41,795 nt of DNA from a bacterium (GTDB taxonomy: Bacteria > UBP15 > UBA6099 > JAJRTR01): assembly GCA_024278215.1 (NCBI GenBank), contig JAJRTR010000201.1, positions 1-41,795 on the forward strand. Direction: 5' to 3'. The notes below the pieces were generated by a model. That model did not search any database. It saw nothing but the letters and a program-made list of their open reading frames with translations, and was not told where the DNA came from. The first letter of the stretch is position 1; the number at the start of each line of letters is the position of its first letter. Of the stretch, positions 28,702 through 38,388 are shown in pieces. Made by a program: the position numbers and the translations under genes.

Positions 28702-30432
28702 TTATTCGTAGAGCGGCAACAGGAAATGTGACGGGTGCTCCGCGTCGACATAGAAAGTTATATTTGCCGGTCGCGTATCGACCGCCAGGTCGGGCTTGCT
28801 CACATAGCGTCCGATATTTTCTTTCACAGCCTTCTCGAGTTCGCCTTCCTGGAGATCGAGGAATTTGCCGTTGTGCAGATTGATGTCGAAGCGTGGGAAG
28901 TTCGAGCCGGCAAGTGACACACGCACGCGGTGCCCTTTGTTGAATATCAGGCTTGTCGCCGTGACATTAACTTCCATTTCATATATTTTACCTTTCTCAA
29001 GCGGCGGCGCGGGACCGTCCATGCCGTTGCGATGGATCGCTCTGACGAGTCCGTCCGCGACCAGCATAGACCTTCCGTCGGGATAGACATCCATCAGCCT
29101 GACGGCTATATCGGTGTCGGGAACATCAGTCGAGAAGTAAACGATCGCCCGGAGGTCGCCTGTAACATCCAGTGGTTTTGTCAGTGCGGGCGTAGTGAAG
29201 ACGAGTACGTCGTCGCGTTTTTCTATCTTGCGCTGGTCGAATGAACCGGCCGGGAGCGAAAGGTTGGCACCTCCTACAGTCGGTACGGGGTTCGCGGGGT
29301 CGGAAACGATTTTCATCACATCGTCGTCGGCAGCCGGTTTTTCGGTGGAGAGTGTGCCGTCGTTATGAAAATAATAGGATGTGGGCATCGAATTTTTCGG
29401 GGGCCATGTATCGGCCGAGCGCCAGGAGTTGCCGGGTGCGTTCTCGTCGTCGACATCGCCCATCACGTAGTATCTGACCGCCGGTCCGCTGAAGTAGCCT
29501 TTATCCTTTCCCTTGAGCGTTTCGTCGAACCAGTTCATCATTTTTTTTATGAGGTTATATTTCGAGTTCACCGGGTAGGTGAGCTGGCCCTGTTTTGTGC
29601 CCGCCATGCCGCACCAGCCGCCGTGTGTCCAGGGGCCGACGACTAGTCGCTGTCTGCCTCGCGCGCCTTCGGCGCCGTTTTCCTGTATATCCTGGAATGC
29701 ACGGATGTTGCCTTCGAGAAATATGTCGTACCAGCCGCCCATGTGCAGTATGGGATAGTGTATATTTTCAAGATGTTCGTGTATGTTGTTTTTCTTCCAC
29801 AGATCAATATAGTGCTGCGTTGAAAGCAAAAGTTTCAGTATTTTGATAGGGAAATCATTGCCGCCTACCCATTTCAGGACAAGCGCTCTGCGGAACCCGC
29901 CGCCTTCGTGGGCCGCGTCGTGGTAGAGGCTGCCGGCGGCCGCCATGACATACTGCGACTTCAGGTAAGGCGACGGGTCCGCCGCCATCGCGTATTGCGT
30001 AATACCCATGGCGGATATGCCTGTTGTTCCCACCTTGCCGTTGCACCACTTCTGTTTTCCTATCCAGTCGATCGTGTCGCGCCCGTCGTCCGTGTCGTCC
30101 ATGAACGACATGGATGTTCCTTCCGAATCGAACCGGCCGCGTGTGTCCTGCACGACCCAGGCATATCTTTTCGAGAGCACCTGCGTGGCGAAAATAGCGC
30201 CCATCTCCCTGCCGTAGGGTGTCCTCATGAGAATAACCGGAAGTTTCTTGTTATTGTTTGACGGAAGGTATATATCGGTTGCCAGTTTTACGCCGTCGCG
30301 CATCGGAACCATGACGAATTCTTTTTCGTATGCCCACGTGCCGGCAGAGAAAAGCATCGTGATCATAAAAGCAGCAAAAACTGTAATGGAAATCTTTTTA
30401 ATGATAAGTGCAGTCGTGAGTTTTTTTGTCAA
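28702..30432 (-). CDS. Secreted CocE/NonD-family hydrolase (peptidase S15-like)
   Basis: MRDGVKLATDIYLP, RTPY, QDTRGRFDSEG, WCNGKVG, GISAMG, GGWYD, GPWTH, SNFPRFD; likely TTG start at 30432 after GGAG, followed by a signal peptide. Confidence 0.93.
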   Translation of the reverse strand: MTKKLTTALIIKKISITVFAAFMITMLFSAGTWAYEKEFVMVPMRDGVKLATDIYLPSNNNKKLPVILMRTPYGREMGAIFATQVLSKRYAWVVQDTRGRFDSEGTSMSFMDDTDDGRDTIDWIGKQKWCNGKVGTTGISAMGITQYAMAADPSPYLKSQYVMAAAGSLYHDAAHEGGGFRRALVLKWVGGNDFPIKILKLLLSTQHYIDLWKKNNIHEHLENIHYPILHMGGWYDIFLEGNIRAFQDIQENGAEGARGRQRLVVGPWTHGGWCGMAGTKQGQLTYPVNSKYNLIKKMMNWFDETLKGKDKGYFSGPAVRYYVMGDVDDENAPGNSWRSADTWPPKNSMPTSYYFHNDGTLSTEKPAADDDVMKIVSDPANPVPTVGGANLSLPAGSFDQRKIEKRDDVLVFTTPALTKPLDVTGDLRAIVYFSTDVPDTDIAVRLMDVYPDGRSMLVADGLVRAIHRNGMDGPAPPLEKGKIYEMEVNVTATSLIFNKGHRVRVSLAGSNFPRFDINLHNGKFLDLQEGELEKAVKENIGRYVSKPDLAVDTRPANITFYVDAEHPSHFLLPLYE

Positions 30433-30610
30433 TGGATGTTCTCCGTTTAAAATTTCCTCTTCAGCGAGGTGACCGGCTATGTTATAGCGGAAACATGCTA
30501 TACCGCGTTTTATGGTTGAGTCTGAATAATAGAAATGCAATCTAAATTGAAACTGGAAAATAATAAGACATTAAGGAACCTGCATAGAATCACAACGAGA
30601 GAACATCGGA

Positions 30611-30988
30611 TTATATGCCTAGAAGTCTTTTGAACACACCAACAGCTTTGTCTTCGTCGAAGGGCTTGGAGATGACGCTCAGCGCTCCCGCTTCGAGAGC
30701 TTCGAGCAGTTTGTCCTGTGCACCGCCGAGGGAACTTACTACGATAATTTTAGCGCCTGGATCGGCGGCAATAATCTGCCTGATCGCTTCCATACCGCCT
30801 ATGCCGGGCATCGACAGGTCCATCGTCACAAGATCAGGCGCGAGTTCCTTATATTTTTCGATAGCCTCTTCACCTGTTACGGCGTTGTCTATGACTTCGC
30901 AGCAGTCGATGGATTCGATGATTTCAGACAGCAGATGCGCTGCGACCCTGCTGTCGTCAGCAATCAGTATTTTTTTTGTGTCGCTCAT
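30611..30988 (-). CDS. Single-domain CheY-like response regulator
   Basis: ILIADDS, DLVTMDLSMPG, VSS, ISKPF. Confidence 0.93.
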   Translation of the reverse strand: MSDTKKILIADDSRVAAHLLSEIIESIDCCEVIDNAVTGEEAIEKYKELAPDLVTMDLSMPGIGGMEAIRQIIAADPGAKIIVVSSLGGAQDKLLEALEAGALSVISKPFDEDKAVGVFKRLLGI

Positions 30989-31020
30989 AAATAATCCTTT
31001 CAAGCTGATTACTATTCAGA

Positions 31021-31899
31021 TCACACTTTTGTAAGCACTGCAATTTCATAATTACCCATCGTCGTATATCCGGGAATTATCGTACCCTGTTCATTATCGT
31101 TGAATTTCACTATCGGCGCATCCTTATCCGTAAGCCCCACCGGCGGCACTATTTCGATAGTTTTTCCGCCTTCGAGCATCTTTGCCCGGACATTTCCACA
31201 AACAACATTTACAAATTCCTGTGATGTGTCCTTGATAAGTTCTCCATCAAACGGCAGATCGTCTTTTTTGAAAGTTTTCTTTGCTATCTGGTGCGCCACA
31301 TCCCATGAGAGGTTGAGCACATATCTGGCGCTGATGTCGCCTTTGAGGTCCATCATTACTGTGATGCCCATGTTTTTCGACTCCTTCTGTTCGAGCAGGA
31401 GTTGTCCGGACTTCGCCTGCATGTCGCCGATCCGCAACATGAGTTTTTCTGTAAGATCGACAGAGACTTCCACCAGTTTCTTCTCCGGGATATTTTCCTT
31501 GATCATTACCTCAATCGGCGGCACCTGCTGCTGTTCTTCCTTGAACAATGAAAGTTGTTTCGCAAGATTCTCCTTATCCATGTGACCACAGGCGACAATC
31601 GACTCGCCGAGATAAATGTGATTGTATTTCTGAATCGTCAGAATCTCCTTGAGCTGGTCTTCAGTGATAAGCCCCAGCTCGACAGCGAGATCGCCAAACC
31701 GCATATCCGTGCGCTTCTGTTCATTATGGACTTTTGCGACTTCTTTCTCCGTCATCATCTTTTTCCGGATCGCAATTTCGCCCATTTTCAGAATTTTCGA
31801 TTTCTGGTATTTGATCGCTTCTATCAGTTGGTCTTTTCCCAGTATTCCCTTTTCGAGCAGATACTGACCGAAGAATTTTGGTGTGATTCCTGCCGCCAT
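31021..31899 (-). CDS. CheX-like phosphatase with four N-terminal MshEN-like repeats
   Basis: Repeats FFGQYLLEKGIL / KMGEIAIRKKMM / RFGDLAVELGLI / YLGESIVACGHM; C-terminal 'LKGDISA...QEFVNVVCGN...IEIVPP' (E-xx-N CheC/CheX motif). Confidence 0.8.
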   Translation of the reverse strand: MAAGITPKFFGQYLLEKGILGKDQLIEAIKYQKSKILKMGEIAIRKKMMTEKEVAKVHNEQKRTDMRFGDLAVELGLITEDQLKEILTIQKYNHIYLGESIVACGHMDKENLAKQLSLFKEEQQQVPPIEVMIKENIPEKKLVEVSVDLTEKLMLRIGDMQAKSGQLLLEQKESKNMGITVMMDLKGDISARYVLNLSWDVAHQIAKKTFKKDDLPFDGELIKDTSQEFVNVVCGNVRAKMLEGGKTIEIVPPVGLTDKDAPIVKFNDNEQGTIIPGYTTMGNYEIAVLTKV

Positions 31900-32301
31900 T
31901 CGATTGACTCCTTTTGACTTTTTGTCCGCTTCAGCGAAACGCCATGTATGCCTTATTTACATATAAGAATTTCGTCACATAGATTTTATATATTATTACC
32001 TGACCTCGCAAACTGTCAACAATTACTTGATATTTGACTGCTCAAAAGTTGATGTTTTTTCAGACAAAAGCCATATTTGCATATATATTCACAACCATTT
32101 GAGTCAATTGAACATTTGTGTTTGCAACACGGAAGTTGTTTCCCGGAAGGTGTGTTGTTGTTCGTGTTGGTAAACACAGGGAGCCCCACATCATACCCGA
32201 CGAAAATGCGGGACCACTCACCATTCGACTTTGTCGTCAGGCGATTGCAGCAGGACATAGTTTTTCAATTGGTTCTGTTTTTCAGAGTATTTGTTCAGCC
32301 A

Positions 32302-33762
32302 CTATTTCAGGGTAATGCGAGCGCCTTGGAATTCGGTGAGTGAATACCTGAATATCTCATTGGCGGAACTTGTGGAGACATAGGCATAATCGGAAGACAC
32401 GACGATGTCGATGGGGAAATCAGGAACTTCAGGACTGAAGAGAACTTTGCCTGAAGCGATATCTATTACAAGCATCACGCCCTGTCCCTGGCAGAGGACA
32501 AAAGCATAGGTATAAGTCGGGTCGGCGGCCATGCGGGTCGGCTTGTTGCAGGGCTCGGCGCTGTCGAGAGTTGAAACGATCTTCCCGGAGTTGGCGAGTC
32601 CGTCATCGTCCCACATTATCCGTAGCAGTGGGTCGCTTTCGTCTTCTGCGTTCGACGATGTGCATGTAACATAAGCGGTCTGGTCGGGCAGGGGCAGTAT
32701 GTCGCGTGGCTGCTTGCATATACTTAGATATTTGAGGTCTCCGTTGATTTCTTCCGCATCTGTGGTGCTGTACGTGATCGATTTTTCCCTGTCATAGTAG
32801 CCTCTGATTGTTCCCAGGTATATATCGGTTTTCGTGGCGCATACTTTGCTGTCTGTCAGGCAGGTGCCGCCGATGCAGTCGGTGTCGGAAGCGCAGATGC
32901 AGCCGTCGGGATACTTGCTGCTGCTTGCGTTGCAGGAATAAACGCATTGGGGAAGCGCCAGGGATGTATCGCAGTCGCGGCTTGCGCAGTCGCTGTCTGT
33001 GGAACAGGCGCAGGAATTGGGCATATCTGTTCCCAGGCAATACCCGTTTTCCTGCGCATTGTAATAGGGCGAATCGAATTTCAGAGTCAGTGGATCTTCG
33101 ATATCGAGCATCTCGATCCGCGCGTCTTCGTCGTCCACGACATAAAGTCTGTCGTTCGAGCTGTCGTACCGCATCGTTACGGATGAGGCGAGATCGCTTA
33201 GAGTATCCGTGTCGACGAGCGACATGGTGCTGTCGTCGATTACAGCGATGGCCCTGGTCGTCGGGCTGTGGACATATATGGCGTCGTTGTTTTCATCACT
33301 TGCTATCGACCGCGCGCCGGATATGGAAGTAATCGCTATTTCTTTTACGACTTTCCCCTCTGAAATGTCGATCACCGAAACATACGTGCCGTTGAGTTTT
33401 TCATATCCCGTTTGTGGATAGCTGCATGAGACCAGACTGTCATGAGTTACATAGAGTCTTGTGTAGTCTCTGTTGAATGTGATATATCTTGGCCAGCACG
33501 CGACCGGAATAGTTTTAATCGTAGCCATACGGTCGGTTCTGACGACAGATACCGAAAAATTCAGATTATTGACAACATAGAGTTTCGACGCGTCTTTGTT
33601 GAGTGTCAATCCCCATGGAAGACTGTATGCGCCTGTTTCGGTGAGGCCGCTGTTCTGCGGTGCCGCGCTCTGGCCGCATCCGGATACCCAGAAACACACA
33701 CACAGCAGAAATGCTCCGGTCAGCAGCGTGCGGAAAAAACAGGTCGAACGTGGCGGGCGCAT
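32302..33762 (-). CDS. YncE/YVTN-like beta-propeller lipoprotein with a Cys-rich insert (paralog B)
   Basis: Lipobox VSG-C; 'PWGLTLNKDASKLYVVN..SVSVV', 'RLYVTH', 'YAYVS'; two C-x-C-x-x-D-x-D-C units. Likely start 33762 (ORF track 33840). Confidence 0.75.
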   Translation of the reverse strand: MRPPRSTCFFRTLLTGAFLLCVCFWVSGCGQSAAPQNSGLTETGAYSLPWGLTLNKDASKLYVVNNLNFSVSVVRTDRMATIKTIPVACWPRYITFNRDYTRLYVTHDSLVSCSYPQTGYEKLNGTYVSVIDISEGKVVKEIAITSISGARSIASDENNDAIYVHSPTTRAIAVIDDSTMSLVDTDTLSDLASSVTMRYDSSNDRLYVVDDEDARIEMLDIEDPLTLKFDSPYYNAQENGYCLGTDMPNSCACSTDSDCASRDCDTSLALPQCVYSCNASSSKYPDGCICASDTDCIGGTCLTDSKVCATKTDIYLGTIRGYYDREKSITYSTTDAEEINGDLKYLSICKQPRDILPLPDQTAYVTCTSSNAEDESDPLLRIMWDDDGLANSGKIVSTLDSAEPCNKPTRMAADPTYTYAFVLCQGQGVMLVIDIASGKVLFSPEVPDFPIDIVVSSDYAYVSTSSANEIFRYSLTEFQGARITLK

Positions 33763-33791
33763 CGAATGTTCAGGGTAAACATATAGTCCTT

Positions 33792-33826
33792 CTCTGCGGC
33801 CTCTATATCTCTGTGCTCTCTGTGTT
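33792..33826. repeat. Short ~9-bp-period CTCTGTG repeat (REP-like)
   Basis: CTCTGCGGC CTCTATAT CTCTGTGCT CTCTGTGTT. Confidence 0.45.
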
Positions 33827-33997
33827 AAAAGCTTTTTCATTTCGATAGAATTTCAGCGGCGACTGCGCTCTGCACAAAACGCCGGTCTTATTGTTTCGCA
33901 GTGCCCGGGGACACCCATAATAATTTCTACAGCGTCCCGACCGGACTTAAGTATAATGCTTTTTCTATTAAGGGTAAAATCCGGTGGCGAATACGTT

Positions 33998-35524
33998 TCA
34001 TTGCTTCAGCTTTATCACCTGCGGTCTGTCTGCGTGATCGAGCGGAAGGTCCGCGATTGGGTATCTGTAGATACTGTATTCAGACATACTCGTGACAAAG
34101 AAATAGTCATCGGAAGCGATAATGTCCGCCGGTGTCGATGGGACTTCCACAGATTTAAGGACATCTCCTGTAGACTGGTTTATAGCAAGTACGGCATTGT
34201 TGCCGAAACAGATGACAAAAACATATCTGCCCGACGGGTCGGAAGTTATTTCCGTCGGCCTGTCGCATTGCCTGGCACTGTCGAGCGTGACGACCGCACT
34301 TCCGTTCACCGCAAGACCGTTCGTGTCCCACATCACCCGCAGTAATGGGTCGTAGTCATCGTCGTCGAAATTGCCGTAACAACTGACATAAGCGGTATTA
34401 TCGGAAAGGACTTCGACGTCCCACGGTTCATCGCAGAGGCCCAGGTCCGCCATTTTATTCGGTGATTTGAATTGATCGTCGTTGGCGTCATAACAGTCAT
34501 CGGTATCCCTGTCACAATAGCCTTCAACATTGCTTACAAGAAGCTTGGTATATGACATGCAACTGCCTGAAGAACATAAACCGGACCTGCAATCCGAGTC
34601 GCTGCTGCATGTGCATCCGTCGGGATATCCACCGTTTGATTCACATGATGAGGCGCAGAAGGACAGAGTGGCGGTCGTGTCGCATTTTCTGCTCGCGCAA
34701 TCACTGTCGCTGTCGCAGGCGCAGCCGTTTTTCCGCTCGGCGCCGAAACAATATCCCGTTTCCTGAGCGTTATATGTATTCAGATCAAATGTTTCCGATT
34801 TTGGGGCATCCGGTTCTACAAAATATATGCCGTTATTAGTGGGAGCCATAATGTACATGAGGTTCCTTGTATAGTCCATTATGAGCTTTGAAGGATACAT
34901 GCCGGTAATATCAAAATATCCCGTACTGCTTGTGTAATTTGTAATAATCTCGTCGGTTGTACCGTCGATCATGCTTATGCCGTGGCTCGATCCTGAGCCT
35001 GTGACATAGACGACGTCATTTGTCGAATCATAAACAACATCTCTTGCATTACTGACCTGTGTCAGGGCGATTCCTTTTGTTACTTTCAGTGTCGACATAT
35101 CTACAACGGATAGATAAGAGCCGTCCGACATCGCCCCGTGCGACAACTGTGAATAGTAACATTGATTGGTCCCGCCATTGACGCCTGAGATGTCGTGTGA
35201 TACGAACATCCTGCTGTAGTCTGAATTAAAAGCCATTCTATATGGTTTGCATGTCGTAGTGATGCTTCCCACTTCCACCATCGCTGCAGTATTGTAAATG
35301 GAAATCGAATGCTGGCTGCTGTTGGCAACATAGAGGAGCGAGTAGTCCTTGGAAAAAGCCATGCCCCAGGGCCGCCTTGAAGCGCCAGTGCTCGTTTCAG
35401 TGAAATTCGTGCTGCCCGGCGCTGCCGACTGCCCGCATGATGCGATAAATATTACCATTATCGTTACAACAGCAAGCGCCGCATCTTTTAACGTTCCTGA
35501 TATTTTGCAGTTTTTCTGAAGCAT
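33998..35524 (-). CDS. YncE/YVTN-like beta-propeller lipoprotein with a Cys-rich insert (paralog A)
   Basis: Lipobox IAS-C; 'PWGMAFSKDYSLLYVANS..SISIY'; shares CGQSAAP, YNAQExGYC, YPDGC, DPLLRxMWD and TLDSA with paralog B. Confidence 0.8.
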   Translation of the reverse strand: MLQKNCKISGTLKDAALAVVTIMVIFIASCGQSAAPGSTNFTETSTGASRRPWGMAFSKDYSLLYVANSSQHSISIYNTAAMVEVGSITTTCKPYRMAFNSDYSRMFVSHDISGVNGGTNQCYYSQLSHGAMSDGSYLSVVDMSTLKVTKGIALTQVSNARDVVYDSTNDVVYVTGSGSSHGISMIDGTTDEIITNYTSSTGYFDITGMYPSKLIMDYTRNLMYIMAPTNNGIYFVEPDAPKSETFDLNTYNAQETGYCFGAERKNGCACDSDSDCASRKCDTTATLSFCASSCESNGGYPDGCTCSSDSDCRSGLCSSGSCMSYTKLLVSNVEGYCDRDTDDCYDANDDQFKSPNKMADLGLCDEPWDVEVLSDNTAYVSCYGNFDDDDYDPLLRVMWDTNGLAVNGSAVVTLDSARQCDRPTEITSDPSGRYVFVICFGNNAVLAINQSTGDVLKSVEVPSTPADIIASDDYFFVTSMSEYSIYRYPIADLPLDHADRPQVIKLKQ

Positions 35525-35544
35525 CTTACTCCTGTTGTTAAACG

Positions 35545-38388
35545 CTAAAATGTCGCCTCTAGCTGGAAAGAAACTTTCTGGCTGTCTATTACAGGGTACT
35601 TCGACGTATCGTCGCTGTCCGGCAACCTGTCATATTCTTTTTCGTAAGATAGCGATATATTGGCCGAATTCGTCAATTTGTATTTGAATGATTGTTTAAG
35701 CAGAAAATTCTTGCCATGCGGCGCGAGGGTGTTTACCGCATCTACGAAAGCGTCAAGATAATAATCGACGGATATACTGATGTTCCTGATACCGAATGTG
35801 GTCTCGGACTCGGTGCGCGAAGAAGTTCGCCAGTTTAATATATAATCCTGTGAATTGAAAAGGACGTCTATTTTTATATCCTTGTCGACACCGTTCGGAT
35901 CACCACAGTCGAGAATTCCGTCACCTTTATACTGATCGATCAGGTTTCCATGATCGTCGGTGACAACCTGCGGCGTACTGAAATCCAGACATGCTTTCGG
36001 CAGATTAAGATTTGCCACGCTATATTTGAAATTAAGATTTATATCGTCGTTTAAGTAATATTTCAGGTCATTATTCCAGTATGTTATTTTCAGTGTTTCC
36101 GTTCTTGTGTTAATAAAATCGATTGTAGGCAGGAAAAGCTGAAGGTATGTTTCTTTTTCAAGGCTGCTGGTTCCATAAGCGACCGCGCCCGGATCGAAAT
36201 ACATTGGCTCGATTTCATTACCCCAGATGTAGTAGGTCGAGTACTTGTAATTATCTTCCTGCTGCTTGTCTATACTGAAGTTGGTAATGAATACCTCAAG
36301 GCTCTGAATGGAAATGGGCAGTATCGACAGACCGCCGCCACCCATCAGATCATTCATATCAAAGCCGGGAAGTCCGAAATATTTCGTCACAAATTCCGGC
36401 CCCAGTCTGGCGTACCCCAACGGGAAAACTTTTATAGGCCCCTTGTTGTAATCTAGCAATATGATAAAGCCGTCGTCCTGATCGCGGCGTTCCTTCGACG
36501 GGAAATATCCCTGAACTGTTGTATCGGCGTACTTCTTGGCCGGATCGTTCGGATCACATTTCACCTGTCCCGTCTTAAGGTCCTCGTCGGCTGTACTTTC
36601 AGGCACACAGTCCCTGTCGAGCATCACCGAATAGCCGGGCTTGTAGTATGTGCTGTGAGCGTATTCTCCAGTGAAATAAATATTCTTCGTCACCGGATAC
36701 CTGATGAAAGCGCTTGTAACGCTATTCTTTTCCGGTGGCAGACAGAAAAAATCTTTGTAGGCTACATCCGAGTCGATCCCCTTCTGTCTCGAAGGGTCGT
36801 CTTCTATATCCATTTTCACCCAGTAACCAGTGTTGCATCCGGGATAATTCGTATATTTGTCGTCATACATCCATATCTTCTGAATATTACCCATGGATTT
36901 AGCTTCACCTAAAACCGACGACTGAAGATTTACCCCATATACATACCTGTCGTATTGAGTGTCATCATTTTCAACATAATAATCCAGAGTTCCGAAAAGA
37001 CGACCATAGTGGTATGCGGTGCGCCCGCCGAAAACATTCAATGTGTAGTTGTTCAGTTTGAGGCTTGCACTTAATCCCTGGACTTTGAAACCGTACATTG
37101 TCAACGGTGAGTATGCGATTGCGATGTTACCTACAGAAATATCTCTTATCTTGAAATTTCTCGGGTTTTTCGGATCGTCCCGCTTGTCCTGAAACTGGAT
37201 GTTGAAACTGCTCAGACTGAAAGCGGTGTTGTCGCCGGAGATATATCCGGGATATCCGGTTTTTCCTCCGATGATCGTATCGACTTTGGTCGTGCCTGAA
37301 ATAGAAAAATCTTCAGCCGGGTCGGGCGTACTGTCGAAAGTGAGCGACAGGCTGTTGTTTATGGAAGTGGTCTCATGCCTGTTCTGATGGTCTCCCGTCA
37401 CCGCGCCGCCCGATTCCAGCGAGAACGTGTCATTCCCGGTGATCCTGAAGCGTTCGTCTTCTTTCTTGAGATTTTCTATCTGGCGCTGGTTCTTCAGCGA
37501 TATGCGCTGGACGTCTTTGATTTCTTTTTTCAGCGCTTTGTTGTATTTCTTAAGTTCTTTTTTGAATGTATTCACAAGTTGCTCGATGGTGTCGAGGTCT
37601 TTTTGCGTGAGGTCGATTTTTTCTTCGACTTTGACGATGCGTTCTTCCCATTCGGGTTCGGGGGGGGTGGGTTCTTCGGCGGCGGGCGTTTCTTCTTCGT
37701 GCTTTTCCGCCTGCTCTTCCTCGTCGTCGGCTACTTTCGGCACATCGGGCAGCACACTGTTGTCCGCCGGTGCGCTCCTGTCTTCGAGCACAGACATGTT
37801 GCCCGTGCGTTGCAGGGTGATGTGTCTGCCGCCCGGCGATGTGACTGTAATGTCCTGCGCCTCGGGAATGAGGTTGGGGCGTTTGGGCGTTATCACCATT
37901 AATTCTTCGGTATTGTCTGTTGTCGCAGGAACTACCTCGCGGACTGGCGCTGAATGTTTCCGGCTGGTTGCGACGACCGGTTCCTTGCGGACTTTGATGG
38001 TCTTGTACCTGACCACTTTGCCGGTGTTGTCCCATTCGAGATACCTTACGAGAATCTTGTTGACCAACTCCGCCATCTCATATCTTGTCATCGGCCTGTC
38101 GCCGTGAAACAAACCGTCGGGGCCACCCTCGATGAGGCCGAGTTCCGCAAGGTGCTTCACCGCTTTGTAGGCCCAGTGACCACGCGGGACATCCGCATAA
38201 GATGATTCCATGGTATTCTGAAAGTAGTCCAGGTCTTCGAACACATCCGCTGTTTCATCTTTATAAAGGTAATCGTCGTCGAGGAAATCGAACTGGTCTG
38301 CCGCACGCGCGGCATACGAACACAAAAACATGAGTATAACAAATAGTAGTAACGCGGTTGATTTTTTTCCCAACAGGGTTTGTTTCAT
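35545..38388 (-). CDS. SLH-domain outer-membrane protein (OmpM/SomA-like: SLH, coiled coil, putative beta-barrel)
   Basis: Signal peptide ending ARA; SLH 'YADVPRGHWAYKAV..L...GLIEG.PDG.FHGDRPMTRYEMA'; coiled coil 'IEQLVNTFKKEL...FRITG'; amphipathic beta strands; terminal Phe (VSFQLEATF). Likely start 38388. Confidence 0.8.
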   Translation of the reverse strand: MKQTLLGKKSTALLLFVILMFLCSYAARAADQFDFLDDDYLYKDETADVFEDLDYFQNTMESSYADVPRGHWAYKAVKHLAELGLIEGGPDGLFHGDRPMTRYEMAELVNKILVRYLEWDNTGKVVRYKTIKVRKEPVVATSRKHSAPVREVVPATTDNTEELMVITPKRPNLIPEAQDITVTSPGGRHITLQRTGNMSVLEDRSAPADNSVLPDVPKVADDEEEQAEKHEEETPAAEEPTPPEPEWEERIVKVEEKIDLTQKDLDTIEQLVNTFKKELKKYNKALKKEIKDVQRISLKNQRQIENLKKEDERFRITGNDTFSLESGGAVTGDHQNRHETTSINNSLSLTFDSTPDPAEDFSISGTTKVDTIIGGKTGYPGYISGDNTAFSLSSFNIQFQDKRDDPKNPRNFKIRDISVGNIAIAYSPLTMYGFKVQGLSASLKLNNYTLNVFGGRTAYHYGRLFGTLDYYVENDDTQYDRYVYGVNLQSSVLGEAKSMGNIQKIWMYDDKYTNYPGCNTGYWVKMDIEDDPSRQKGIDSDVAYKDFFCLPPEKNSVTSAFIRYPVTKNIYFTGEYAHSTYYKPGYSVMLDRDCVPESTADEDLKTGQVKCDPNDPAKKYADTTVQGYFPSKERRDQDDGFIILLDYNKGPIKVFPLGYARLGPEFVTKYFGLPGFDMNDLMGGGGLSILPISIQSLEVFITNFSIDKQQEDNYKYSTYYIWGNEIEPMYFDPGAVAYGTSSLEKETYLQLFLPTIDFINTRTETLKITYWNNDLKYYLNDDINLNFKYSVANLNLPKACLDFSTPQVVTDDHGNLIDQYKGDGILDCGDPNGVDKDIKIDVLFNSQDYILNWRTSSRTESETTFGIRNISISVDYYLDAFVDAVNTLAPHGKNFLLKQSFKYKLTNSANISLSYEKEYDRLPDSDDTSKYPVIDSQKVSFQLEATF

